The notes: generated by a model from the letters alone, not told the origin. Shown: positions 8,151-18,293, counted from the stretch's first letter. The stretch is DNA of 64,000 bases from Bacilli bacterium (GCA_017450215.1 JAFSVH010000014.1:473-64472), one strand, 5' to 3'. Numbers and translations: made by a program.

Positions 8151-11144
8151 TCTACTTCTTAATGTTATTACAATTGAACTTAACAACAATATTACACCTA
8201 TTATTACACTTGCAATAATTGAAGTATAAACAGTACTATTATCAAACATCAATCTAACACGATGTATTTCACATGATTGTAATACTGTTTTACCACTAGC
8301 AAGAATTACATTAACGTCAAATCCATATGAATATAATCGGTTTATAATCAATATGAATAAGAATGTGACTAATATTGATAAAGCACCAATTAAGATAATA
8401 ATTGGAATATATGTGAATAAGCTTAAAATTACCATATCTTTGTTTCTAACACCTAGCATTGATAATTTTGTAATATTTTCTCTTTGTCTAAATTCTTTCA
8501 AATAGATAAAGCCAATACCTAAAACTATCGCAACCGCTAAGAAGAATGTTGATAAGCTATCCATTACTTCCAAAATTGCATTACCTGTTTGAGCACTTTC
8601 ATCATTGTAATAAGATGAATATAAATAATAAGGTGATAGGTTACCTACTGTTTCATAATAAGATTCATCTAATTGAATATTTCGGATTAAACTACTCTTA
8701 ACGTAAACATATTCACCAATAATTTCACCATAGATTTCACCATCAACAGCAAAATAATTGCTCTTGCCTATTGTTTCAACAGTATATGTTGGATAAAGTG
8801 ATGCAAGACCATCATAATCTACTTCAGCAAGCATTTCACCTTTTCCTTCAACAAATTCCAAATATGCTCCTGGCATTTGCTCTATTGGATTTAAGCAATA
8901 GCCTAAATCAAATAATTTTTCCATCAATGCTTTTCTATTACGATAATTCACACCTTCAAGATTTACAGTATATGTTGGAATTTCAGGATTTTGTGACAAA
9001 TAAAGTTCATCATAGAAATCATATCCAACATAGAAATCAGGACAAGCTTTCTTTGATACACCAACAATTTTCATTGATTTAATGATTGATTCAGTTCTTG
9101 TAACAAAAGTGATATCAACATATGTATTCTTAATTCGATTGAAGAATGAACTAACAGTATAATTTGTATAATTTTGATTATACATTCTATTAATTGCATT
9201 AACAGATAAAATTATTTCATCATCAGATAAATATGATTTACCAGTTGATAAGGCGATAATTCTATCATCAACATCAGATTGAATAGTATCATTATTTCCA
9301 ACTAGTCCTCTTCCTGTATAATCTACTTCTTTAGCGAAGGAAGCAACAGTTGAAGAGAATGGAGTATCTTGATAAACTGCTTGAACGATATCAAAAGTAT
9401 CATTATAATTATGATTTACAGTTCTACCTGGTAAATAATCCATCAACACAACATAACCATAAGGTTGAAGAGCAAGTGAATTCATATATTCTTCTTTACC
9501 AGATTGAGTCTTAAAATTATCTAATAAATAATATCTTTCAGAATCATTATTATAAACATAATAATCAAGTAATCCAGTATCAATAATACCAACTACTTTA
9601 TATTTAATTCTATTATATAAATAATAAGTATAGGTTCCACTATATGTACCTTCAAATGATGAATAAGTATCATAAATAACGAAATCATTAGGTAAAGTAA
9701 CAACACTATCAACAACTTCATAATCATTATAACCATCATTATATACAGTTAATGATTTATTCATTGTTGTTGCTTCATATGTATCAGCTAAAATATCTTC
9801 TAAATTAACATCATATGTTCCGATGATTGATTCTAATGCTTCACCTGGATCTTTTGCTCTACGTCTTAGATAATAATCTGCAACAGTATCAGTTACTAAT
9901 ATTTCATTATCTTCTTTTGGAAGTCTTCCAGCAAGTAAATTATAACTATTATCTTCATCATATACATAATATGTGAAATTAGATGGAATATAAGTCTTCC
10001 AATAAATAGTAATATCATTTACTTTTGCACTAGGCTTAGAATATTTAGAAAGTTTTTCTATGATTAAATTCTTATAATCATAATCTATTGCACCTTCATA
10101 AGCATTATAATTCTTAAGTGCACTCTTTAAGATTGTATAATCAGCTTGATCTAAGATACTATCAGCACCAAGTACATTCTCAATATAAGTATATGGACTA
10201 TCAGCTGAACCTTTTTTCACAACTTCAAATAAATTAACATTATTATCTTCTTGTGTTTTCAAGGCTCTATCAACATTGTATTCAACCTGCTGTGTTGTTC
10301 CATAATAATCATATTCTTCTTTTACTTTCTTCTGACTATTTGTAATATTCAAAATACAGAATCCAATAATTAAAATAATAGTAACAAAGGAATTAATAAT
10401 TAAACCAGTTTTTAAATGATGTTTTAATATTGGCATCAAACTAAATGGTTTAGACTTCTTCTCTGACAATTGTCTTGCTTCTTCGCATCTTTCGTTATAA
10501 ACGATATCTTCTTCAACAAAGCCATCGACTAATCTAATCATTCTATCTGCATACATAGATGCCTTTTTCACATCGTGTGTAACCAAAATAACTAATTTAT
10601 CTTTACTTAATTCTTTAAATAATTGAAATATTCTATGAGCATTTTTACTATCAAGAGCTGAAGTAGGTTCATCAGCAAATACAATTTTACAATCTTTAAT
10701 TAAAGTTCTTGCAATTGCAACTCTTTGCTTTTCACCACCAGATAAAGCTTTAACTTTCTTCTTTTCAAAGCCAGCTAAACCAACCTTTTCTAATGCTTCA
10801 GATATACTAGATTCATTGTTTTGTATATCTAAACATAGACGTAAATTTTCTTCAACAGTTAAAAATTCAAATAATGAATTCTTTTGGAATACGAATGCTG
10901 AAGTGAAATTACGATAATCAGCGATATCAACATATTTAAGTTCTCTTAAATTAGCACCATCAATATTTACGATTCCTTCGTAATCTAAATCCATTCCACC
11001 AAGAATATTGATTAAAGTAGTTTTTCCACAACCACTCTTACCAACAACAATATTTAATCCAACTTCACCAAAATTTAAATTTAAATCAGTGATGACCTCT
11101 TTGCCCCTTGTATATTTTTTTCTTAAATGTTTAATCTCTATCAT
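8145..11144 (-). CDS. fused ABC transporter: ATPase + MacB/FtsX-type permease with very large extracytoplasmic domain
   Basis: 999 aa. N-terminal NBD with Walker A GKSGCGKTT, signature LSGGEKQRVAIAR, Walker B IVFADEPTSALD, VTHD. One TM near residue 250, then about 600 aa of Y/N/D-rich non-membrane sequence, then three C-terminal TMs (FtsX-like). Confidence 0.8.
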   Translation of the reverse strand: MIEIKHLRKKYTRGKEVITDLNLNFGEVGLNIVVGKSGCGKTTLINILGGMDLDYEGIVNIDGANLRELKYVDIADYRNFTSAFVFQKNSLFEFLTVEENLRLCLDIQNNESSISEALEKVGLAGFEKKKVKALSGGEKQRVAIARTLIKDCKIVFADEPTSALDSKNAHRIFQLFKELSKDKLVILVTHDVKKASMYADRMIRLVDGFVEEDIVYNERCEEARQLSEKKSKPFSLMPILKHHLKTGLIINSFVTIILIIGFCILNITNSQKKVKEEYDYYGTTQQVEYNVDRALKTQEDNNVNLFEVVKKGSADSPYTYIENVLGADSILDQADYTILKSALKNYNAYEGAIDYDYKNLIIEKLSKYSKPSAKVNDITIYWKTYIPSNFTYYVYDEDNSYNLLAGRLPKEDNEILVTDTVADYYLRRRAKDPGEALESIIGTYDVNLEDILADTYEATTMNKSLTVYNDGYNDYEVVDSVVTLPNDFVIYDTYSSFEGTYSGTYTYYLYNRIKYKVVGIIDTGLLDYYVYNNDSERYYLLDNFKTQSGKEEYMNSLALQPYGYVVLMDYLPGRTVNHNYNDTFDIVQAVYQDTPFSSTVASFAKEVDYTGRGLVGNNDTIQSDVDDRIIALSTGKSYLSDDEIILSVNAINRMYNQNYTNYTVSSFFNRIKNTYVDITFVTRTESIIKSMKIVGVSKKACPDFYVGYDFYDELYLSQNPEIPTYTVNLEGVNYRNRKALMEKLFDLGYCLNPIEQMPGAYLEFVEGKGEMLAEVDYDGLASLYPTYTVETIGKSNYFAVDGEIYGEIIGEYVYVKSSLIRNIQLDESYYETVGNLSPYYLYSSYYNDESAQTGNAILEVMDSLSTFFLAVAIVLGIGFIYLKEFRQRENITKLSMLGVRNKDMVILSLFTYIPIIILIGALSILVTFLFILIINRLYSYGFDVNVILASGKTVLQSCEIHRVRLMFDNSTVYTSIIASVIIGVILLLSSIVITLRSRK

Positions 11145-11152
11145 ATTATCAC

Positions 11153-13477
11153 CTATAGATCCTTTATTATCTCAATTGGACTCTTCTTGCAAATACGATA
11201 AATCATTACAAGTAAACTAAAAATCATGATTAAATAAATCAAACTACTCCAACCAATTAAGCTAGCATTGCTTATATAGTAGAAATAATATTCCAATCTT
11301 TCTTGAGCTGTATTATAGATAAACGTCCTCATAAACCATGGGAAAGCATATCTTGTGAGAGCAAACGATATCGCAAAGCCTAAAATAATATAAATTATTA
11401 ATTCAATCAAATAAGGAACAATGATTTGTCGCTTTTTTATACCGAATGAATATTTAATACCTATCTTCTTTCTTTCATTATTCATTGTCATTGAATTGAT
11501 AATGAACGCAAACACGAATGTAATAAGAATGAATGTAAGCAAGAATTCTATCATTACATATTTTGATGATTCTGCTTTTTCCCAAATAACACTTGCATAA
11601 GTGAATGCTTGATTTTGTACATTTTCAGTATTTAATATTTCTTGATAATTTTTATCTGCTGTTGTAATTAAGAATTTACAACCTTTTTGTTTATCTTTAA
11701 AGAATTCAAATCTTTCTTCTGAACATACTACTTCATATTTTTGCTTATCTAAATATTGAGAATTAGATGATTCATAAACACCTGTAGAACGTATACTAAA
11801 TGTATATTTACTTCTTCCATGGCAAACAAAAGCAATTGATGTTGAAGAAGGCATATTTGTTAGATTTCTCTTCATCAACTCTTGCCACAATTTAAGCGAT
11901 ACAATACCATATTTGTTTTTATAATTTGGACTACCAGCAATAATTTGTGGAGTATATGAAGTCTTTTTACGAATTGTAATATATACTTCTTTTTGAGTAG
12001 ATGCTTCATATTGTGACATAGATGGAATAGTGAATTTTACTTCTTCAACAAAATAATCCATTTCATCATACCATCTATTCTTACCTGCATTGCTCACATA
12101 AAAAGCATTATAATAATTTAAGTTTTCACTAAATGCCATTGAACGATATAAATCAGTAGCACTAAAATTTCTAAATTTTGCAAATGATGTTTGCACAATT
12201 CCTGAAATCTTAAAATTAACACCATTAAGATTAATCTTATCACCAATCTCTTTATATTCACCTGTATAATAATAGAAGCTTTCATTTAAATAATCAGTGA
12301 TGGCAATTTCATCATCCTCTTCTGGCCTACTTCCTTCGATATATTTAAATGAATAATTATCTTGAATTAAATTCTTAACTTGAGCTTTATAGAATTCTTG
12401 AGAATCATCATATTCTTGATCAGCTAAGAAATAATTAATTCCATATACTTCAATTAATTTACTTCCATTTACTGTTGACATATATTTTGACATCATTTCA
12501 AAATATTCTAAACTATCTTCACTATCACTATAAACTACTGAATAGCCAGATTTTTCGCTCGACAATTCAACATATTCACTACCATATTCTAATTGATATG
12601 TTTTAAATGCTGTAGAAACATCATAGAAAACATAACCGCACATAATATTACCAATAAATGGAATCAAGATAATTAGTAAGAAAATGGCAATTGACCTACC
12701 AATATTATTAAAGATGAAGGACTTAGTAAATGAAAGTTGTTTAGATAATTTAATCTTTGGTTCAATTATCTCTGTGGTCTCTTCAAGATTATTCTTTTTT
12801 TCTAGTACTTCATTATTAATTTTATTATCTTCTAAGACAGTACCATCTTCGATTTGGATAATACGGTCTCCATATTCTAGTGCTGCTTCATCATCATGAG
12901 TAATAACAATAACTAATCTATCTTTACTAATTTCCTTTAGCAAATCCATAACGATTTTTGTGTTCTTAGAATCTAGATTACCTGTTGGTTCATCAGCTAG
13001 GATCATTGTTGAATCCTTGACTAATGCTCTAGCAATAGCAACACGTTGCATTTGACCTGATGATATCTCTTTTACATTCGAATATTTTATTTCTTCAATA
13101 TCAACCTTTTTAATTATGTCGTCAATAATTGAAAAATCAGTCCTACCAAGTAATTCAAGTGGCAATTTGATATTATCATATACATTGATATCCTCAATTA
13201 AGTTATAATCTTGGAAAATCAAACCTACATATGAATTTCGATATCCAAATAATTTATTTTTATTCTCTTTGAATATCGATTTACCATTTACAATTACATC
13301 GCCTTCTGATGGTACATCAACACCAGAAAGCATATTCATAAGTGTTGACTTACCACTACCACTAACACCAACAATGAATACAAGACCCTGCGAAGGGAAA
13401 TCAATATTCATATTGTTTAAGGCTTTGACTGTATCATATTCGGTTACATATATCTTTGTAAGATTCGAAACCTTCAT
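11153..13477 (-). CDS. fused ABC transporter: ATPase + MacB/FtsX-type permease (paralog of the downstream gene)
   Basis: 774 aa. Walker A GVSGSGKST, signature ISSGQMQRVAIARAL, Walker B MILADEPTGNLD, ITHD. TM near residue 265, large extracytoplasmic region, C-terminal FtsX-like TMs. Confidence 0.8.
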   Translation of the reverse strand: MKVSNLTKIYVTEYDTVKALNNMNIDFPSQGLVFIVGVSGSGKSTLMNMLSGVDVPSEGDVIVNGKSIFKENKNKLFGYRNSYVGLIFQDYNLIEDINVYDNIKLPLELLGRTDFSIIDDIIKKVDIEEIKYSNVKEISSGQMQRVAIARALVKDSTMILADEPTGNLDSKNTKIVMDLLKEISKDRLVIVITHDDEAALEYGDRIIQIEDGTVLEDNKINNEVLEKKNNLEETTEIIEPKIKLSKQLSFTKSFIFNNIGRSIAIFLLIILIPFIGNIMCGYVFYDVSTAFKTYQLEYGSEYVELSSEKSGYSVVYSDSEDSLEYFEMMSKYMSTVNGSKLIEVYGINYFLADQEYDDSQEFYKAQVKNLIQDNYSFKYIEGSRPEEDDEIAITDYLNESFYYYTGEYKEIGDKINLNGVNFKISGIVQTSFAKFRNFSATDLYRSMAFSENLNYYNAFYVSNAGKNRWYDEMDYFVEEVKFTIPSMSQYEASTQKEVYITIRKKTSYTPQIIAGSPNYKNKYGIVSLKLWQELMKRNLTNMPSSTSIAFVCHGRSKYTFSIRSTGVYESSNSQYLDKQKYEVVCSEERFEFFKDKQKGCKFLITTADKNYQEILNTENVQNQAFTYASVIWEKAESSKYVMIEFLLTFILITFVFAFIINSMTMNNERKKIGIKYSFGIKKRQIIVPYLIELIIYIILGFAISFALTRYAFPWFMRTFIYNTAQERLEYYFYYISNASLIGWSSLIYLIMIFSLLVMIYRICKKSPIEIIKDL

Positions 13478-13492
13478 ACTCTATCCTTTCTT

Positions 13493-15559
13493 TTATTTCT
13501 TTGGAACAATAATTGTCTCATATGTTTTTTCAAATACTAAATCTTCAAATTCAACTTTTACATCATAACTTACTTTTGTTCTTTCAGTTACATATTTTGA
13601 TATCTTTCCATCACTACCTAAAATTTCAGGATTATGTGAAGTATATGTGAATTTAGCACCATCTAAATTATAAAGAATGAATAATTCACAATATACACCT
13701 TCAATAAAGTCACCATATTTATTTTGTCTAATCATTGTTTGAGGGCATAATTTACCTGAGAAATTACGATGTTGCATAATTCTATCAACACTCAAGCCAT
13801 ACATTTTAAGCATATGTGCAACTAAATTTGCACAAGCTCTCATTGTTTCACTATATCTTGTATAATTAACAACACATGTTTCAATACCGATTGAATTATG
13901 ATTTCCACCACCATTACTTACTACACCATAGCCAGTATTATAATAATAATTATTAATTACATAATTACCATTTTTACCCATCTCAGTATATAAACCAGCA
14001 GGAGTAATCTTCAATTGATATTTACCATTTACATATGGTGCTTTAAGTTTTGATTTCACATTATTAATATATAAATATCCATCATCTTTAAATTTTAATT
14101 CTGGATTTTTACCAGCATATTTAACACCTGTATCATTAAGACCAAATTTATTACCACCATCACCTGCATGCCATGCAACTTCAGTTAAAGGTAAATGTTG
14201 ATAAATATCATGATCATCGATTGTGAAATGCCAAGAAACTTGTCTATGGTCAGTTGTAACTTGTGTAGTCCAACCAGCCGCATCATAATAATCATCACCA
14301 GTATCATGAATAGTAATAAAATCAATACTTGCTTTAGTATAATGAGGACGGTTTACAGTATTAGAAAGAGGCACAATACCATGTAAAACTGGTTTATAAG
14401 CTACTTGCTTATTATAATCTTTAGTTCCAAAAGTATAACCAGATTCTTCACTACCAGTTAATATCAAATCTTTTTCACTTACATCTTTCACAAAGAAATT
14501 TAAAAAACCAAAATCATCAAATTTTGTTCCTGTAGAACTATTTTTAATAAACGTAATCAAATTGAATTGTTCATACTCATCAACATGCATTCTATCCATT
14601 ATATATTCAATCATCTTAGTTCTATCGAGTGTTTTAACCGTAAATGATGTTGTTTCATAATAATCATTCATTCTAATTTTTACATTAAATTCAACTTCTG
14701 TATTAGCAATGAAATTAATCATTTCACCATAATTGTTGAAGATTTTTTGATTCTTAGATTCATATTCAAAAACAACAGTTCCCTTATCATCAGTCAAAGG
14801 TAATTCGATATCGCCTGTAACATCAGTAGCAGCAACAAAATTATCATTTAACCATCTAACAGCATGAGCAACATATTTTTTATCATCTCTAGCACAAACC
14901 ATCTTTTCACACACTCCAGAAATTGTAAATTCATCATTGGTAATTGTAACTTTTATTTGAGCCATCATATCTTCAGATTCTTGAGTTAAATATTTACCAT
15001 CAACAGATAATAAATTAGTGCTCAAACATTCACATTTAATTTGAGATGTTAATCCTCTAGAACGTAATAATTCATTATCCTCTGTTGGGAATTCTACATC
15101 TTTCACAATCTCATCTGGAATCATTGCATAAATTGCTTCTAGATATTCCTGTTCAGAAATAAATCCTTTTACATATAAAGGATAAATAATACTATATATT
15201 TTTGTATCAATAAAAACATTAGCTTTTAATGTTATACCTTTACCAAGTGTATTCATTTTATATCTTCCATCACTTGATAAAAAGTTTTCATCAGAAGATT
15301 CCCAAGTAATAGATGCAAATACACCATTACTGAAATTAAAACTTTCAAACAAATCTACTCTCTTAGATGCAGTTCTATTTTCAAATATTTCATCTAATAC
15401 AGCAACTATTTCATTTAGGTCTGCTTCTTTTGCTTTTTCAACTTCAACATCTTGTTCATTTGGGTCATCTGGATCATCAATTATAATTTTATCATCACAA
15501 CCAACAAAAAAGAGTAAAAATAAAATAATAAAAGGAAGCCAAAAAATGTTTTTCTTCAT
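13493..15559 (-). CDS. lipoprotein N-acetylmuramoyl-L-alanine amidase (amidase_2/PGRP fold) with Ig-like repeats
   Basis: Start set at the ATG at 15559 (GGAG 8 nt upstream), giving signal peptide + lipobox MKKNIFWLPFIILFLLFFVGC. Amidase_2 blocks: ITIHDTG, WHFTIDD...AWHAGDG, NHNSIGIE, HRNFSGKLCP. Flanking segments of the ITWESSDENFLSSDG type resemble bacterial Ig-like domains. Confidence 0.8.
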   Translation of the reverse strand: MKKNIFWLPFIILFLLFFVGCDDKIIIDDPDDPNEQDVEVEKAKEADLNEIVAVLDEIFENRTASKRVDLFESFNFSNGVFASITWESSDENFLSSDGRYKMNTLGKGITLKANVFIDTKIYSIIYPLYVKGFISEQEYLEAIYAMIPDEIVKDVEFPTEDNELLRSRGLTSQIKCECLSTNLLSVDGKYLTQESEDMMAQIKVTITNDEFTISGVCEKMVCARDDKKYVAHAVRWLNDNFVAATDVTGDIELPLTDDKGTVVFEYESKNQKIFNNYGEMINFIANTEVEFNVKIRMNDYYETTSFTVKTLDRTKMIEYIMDRMHVDEYEQFNLITFIKNSSTGTKFDDFGFLNFFVKDVSEKDLILTGSEESGYTFGTKDYNKQVAYKPVLHGIVPLSNTVNRPHYTKASIDFITIHDTGDDYYDAAGWTTQVTTDHRQVSWHFTIDDHDIYQHLPLTEVAWHAGDGGNKFGLNDTGVKYAGKNPELKFKDDGYLYINNVKSKLKAPYVNGKYQLKITPAGLYTEMGKNGNYVINNYYYNTGYGVVSNGGGNHNSIGIETCVVNYTRYSETMRACANLVAHMLKMYGLSVDRIMQHRNFSGKLCPQTMIRQNKYGDFIEGVYCELFILYNLDGAKFTYTSHNPEILGSDGKISKYVTERTKVSYDVKVEFEDLVFEKTYETIIVPKK

Positions 15560-15718
15560 TACAAACTCCATTCTCGCTAATATCTTATCTTGGCGCATAA
15601 AATCTCTAATAACATTATAACAATTTTTTTTCACAAATACAATAAAAATATATCATAGAAAAAAACACAAATATTTATTTATAAACATTTATATACATTT
15701 ATATACCATAACAAAAAA

Positions 15719-15834
15719 GAGAACTCACCTTTAGTACCCATACCCACACAATAAGAATACTTAAGGCTGCTTCAGTTACGACCTGACCTGGTTCATATCT
15801 TAATGTTGGATATAGGTACTAAAAATGAGTTCCC
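15719..15834 (-). ncRNA. ffs: signal recognition particle RNA (small/4.5S type)
   Basis: Minus strand is GGGAACUCAUUUUUAGUACC...ACCAGGUCAGGUCGUAACUGAAGCAGCC...GGUACUAAAGGUGAGUUCUC followed by a U-run. The ACCAGGUCAGGUC / AAGCAGCC domain IV motif is near identical to E. coli 4.5S. The 5' and 3' ends pair into one long hairpin. It is a GC-rich island in AT-rich spacer. Confidence 0.85.
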
Positions 15835-15870
15835 TATAAATATTATTATAAATATTATTATAAATATTAT
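15835..15870. repeat. three perfect tandem copies of a 12-nt unit (tataaatattat) abutting the SRP RNA 5' end
   Basis: Read directly. On the minus strand each copy contains TATAAT, so the array probably includes the ffs promoter -10. Confidence 0.7.
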
Positions 15871-15886
15871 TTTATTTACTAATACA

Positions 15887-16426
15887 TTATAATGATTTTT
15901 TATCAATTTTGCAAGATAAATAATCATAAATTTCTTTTGCATTGTCTAAGCAATGTACATTAATATAACTAATACTATTATCATCAACATTGTTTAATTC
16001 TGGTTTTGTTTCATTAGTTGTATTAAAGATAATATTTAATCTTTGTGGATATAATCCTTTTTTTATATTTAAATCTTTTATCTCTGAGATATCAATATAA
16101 CTATCAAAATTTAAATAATTACCTTTTTTATTCATACATATATTGTAATATACTCTATCTTCAGTAATTACAATTTCATCAAAACCAAAAAACTTTTGAT
16201 AATCAAGATAGGTTTTCTTAGTTTGAAACAAAACGAAAATAATATAAACAAATAATGCAACACCATAAACAATATATACATTTACATATTTATAAATAAA
16301 TAGAAACACAATAGATGCTAAAGCGAAGATGTGAAGTGAAGTAATCATATTAAGTAAATAGAAATCTTTCTTTTTACATTTATTTATTCCTTTAAGAATT
16401 ATCTTTTCGTTCTCTAAAATATTCAT
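15887..16426 (-). CDS. hypothetical membrane protein (two TM helices + soluble C-terminal domain)
   Basis: 179 aa. Hydrophobic hairpin around residues 25-68. Start overlaps the stop of the upstream ORF (TAATG). Confidence 0.5.
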   Translation of the reverse strand: MNILENEKIILKGINKCKKKDFYLLNMITSLHIFALASIVFLFIYKYVNVYIVYGVALFVYIIFVLFQTKKTYLDYQKFFGFDEIVITEDRVYYNICMNKKGNYLNFDSYIDISEIKDLNIKKGLYPQRLNIIFNTTNETKPELNNVDDNSISYINVHCLDNAKEIYDYLSCKIDKKSL

Positions 16427-17070
16427 TATCTATTTTTTGATGCAAATTCTTCATATTTAGATTCTAAAATATCTATTTTTGATATCACATCATCATATTT
16501 TGTTTTTGCTTCTTCCTCTTTCTTAAATATTTCATTGTATTCAAAAATTATCTTTTTTGCTTTTGCTTCTCCACTTCTTTTGATTTTTTTATTCATCTTG
16601 CTTTTTATTTTTTCAGTTTCTTTTTTCTTTTTTTCCAAAATTGATTGTGTTATTTCTTTTTCTTTTAGCAAGCCGTCATATTCATCATTTAACTTTTTTA
16701 CATAATTACTTTTATCAAGTCTTGCTTTTTCTCTTTTGTTCTTTGCTTGTTCTTCTTCGCTTATTCTATTATTATTTTGATTCCTATGATAATCTTTTAC
16801 AACATTAGAAAAATTTGAATAGCTGCTGATGTCATTGATAAATTTTTTAGGAGCATATTTAGTCCACTTTGCATAAAGTGTAATATCACATTCTATAATT
16901 TTATTTGGATCAAATTCGTTTTTTAGATTTTCATCCTTACACCAACAAACAAAATTATAGCCTAGTTTAACTGGTTCTGGTACTTGTATCAAGAATCCGT
17001 ATTTAACAACTACCTGTGATATATTGTTTCCCCCGTTACTTTCAAATTTTACAATGACTTCCTTATTCAT
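16426..17070 (-). CDS. hypothetical protein: one Listeria-Bacteroides (InlB B-type) repeat + Lys/Glu-rich coiled coil, no signal peptide
   Basis: 214 aa. N-terminal VKFESNGGN...GYNFVCWCKD...ITLYAKW matches the InlB B-repeat pattern. The rest is a K/E-rich helical region. Confidence 0.55.
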   Translation of the reverse strand: MNKEVIVKFESNGGNNISQVVVKYGFLIQVPEPVKLGYNFVCWCKDENLKNEFDPNKIIECDITLYAKWTKYAPKKFINDISSYSNFSNVVKDYHRNQNNNRISEEEQAKNKREKARLDKSNYVKKLNDEYDGLLKEKEITQSILEKKKKETEKIKSKMNKKIKRSGEAKAKKIIFEYNEIFKKEEEAKTKYDDVISKIDILESKYEEFASKNR

Positions 17071-17077
17071 AAATGCC

Positions 17078-17557
17078 TCATTTCTTATTTTGTCTTAAAT
17101 CAATAAAAAATTTCTTCATCATTTTTTCGATTTTTTCTTTTAATACTCCACCTTGGATATCAACTTTATGATTTGATTTCAAATTAAAAGCATCTAAGAT
17201 ATATTCACATGAATCAAATCTATCAGCATTAGACCCATATACTAATCTTTTAATTCTTGATTGAATGATAGCGCCAGAACACATAATACAAGGTTCAAGT
17301 GTTACATACATTGTTGCATCAAGTAGTGACCATCTACCTAGCCTTTCACAAGCTTCACTAATTGCAATCATTTCAGCATGATAGAGATTACAATCCTTAG
17401 ATCTATTCATATTATGACTTCTAGCAACAATTTCGTTATTTATTACAATAACACAACCAACTGGAATTTCTTCCCGTTCAATTCCTTTTTTTGCCTCTTC
17501 TATTGCGAAAGCCATAAAATATTCGTCACTATATAGTGGATAATTATTCTTACTCAT
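17078..17557 (-). CDS. tadA: tRNA-specific adenosine deaminase
   Basis: 159 aa. HAEMIAI and PCIMCSGAI zinc-binding deaminase motifs. Confidence 0.85.
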   Translation of the reverse strand: MSKNNYPLYSDEYFMAFAIEEAKKGIEREEIPVGCVIVINNEIVARSHNMNRSKDCNLYHAEMIAISEACERLGRWSLLDATMYVTLEPCIMCSGAIIQSRIKRLVYGSNADRFDSCEYILDAFNLKSNHKVDIQGGVLKEKIEKMMKKFFIDLRQNKK

Positions 17558-18183
17558 TTGAATTTTCTTAAGATATCTGGTTTATCATATACAACATGAC
17601 AATGCCTACATCTCGCCTCATATGATTCGGTAGCACCAACTAAAATTACTTCATCATTATAACTAGCTTCTCTACCATTTACTATTCTTTGTGTTCTTGT
17701 TGCAACAGCTCCACATACCTGACATATCGCACTAAGCTTAGTAACATATTCAGCTCTTGCGATTAAATCTTTCATTATGCCAAAAGGTTCACCTTTAAAA
17801 TTAGTATTCAGTCCAGCTACGATTACCCGTACTCCCCGATCAGCTAAATATTCACACAAATCAACTACTGCATCATCAAAAAATTGTACTTCATCTATGG
17901 CTATTGCATATGGAAGGTTATTTTTCTTTTCGTATTCAACTAAAAAATCATAGATTTCTTTAGCATTTGCTACAACGATTGTTTGAATCTTATTTTTATT
18001 ATGAGATACAATTTCAGTTTTACTGTATCTATTATCAATACCTGGTCTAAAACTTAAATAAGTCTTCTTTGCAAAACCAATTCTTCTAATTCTTCTTAAT
18101 AATTCTTCAGTCTTGCCTGCATACATACAACCAGTAATAACTTCTATCCAACCATTCTTAGTTTCAACATCAACCATTTCCAT
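17554..18183 (-). CDS. tdk: thymidine kinase
   Basis: GCMYAGKTEEL P-loop, IAIDEVQFF, C-terminal CxxC...CxxC zinc site. Start set at the ATG at 18183 with GGAGG 8 nt upstream (the track ORF starts at an upstream GTG). Confidence 0.85.
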   Translation of the reverse strand: MEMVDVETKNGWIEVITGCMYAGKTEELLRRIRRIGFAKKTYLSFRPGIDNRYSKTEIVSHNKNKIQTIVVANAKEIYDFLVEYEKKNNLPYAIAIDEVQFFDDAVVDLCEYLADRGVRVIVAGLNTNFKGEPFGIMKDLIARAEYVTKLSAICQVCGAVATRTQRIVNGREASYNDEVILVGATESYEARCRHCHVVYDKPDILRKFK

Positions 18184-18293
18184 AAATATAACCTCCTTCA
18201 CTTACCTATATTATACCTAAAAACTTAAATATTTCAAAAAGAAAACGATTAAAATTTGTTTTTAATCTTAAATATTAAAAAACAAAATAATGC

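Noticed and set aside
15835-15870. Tandem repeats (also at 8119-8150 and 28826-28873) as CRISPR arrays.
   Set aside because: The units are 11-16 nt, directly abutting with no spacers, with only three copies each and no cas genes. They are simple tandem repeats.
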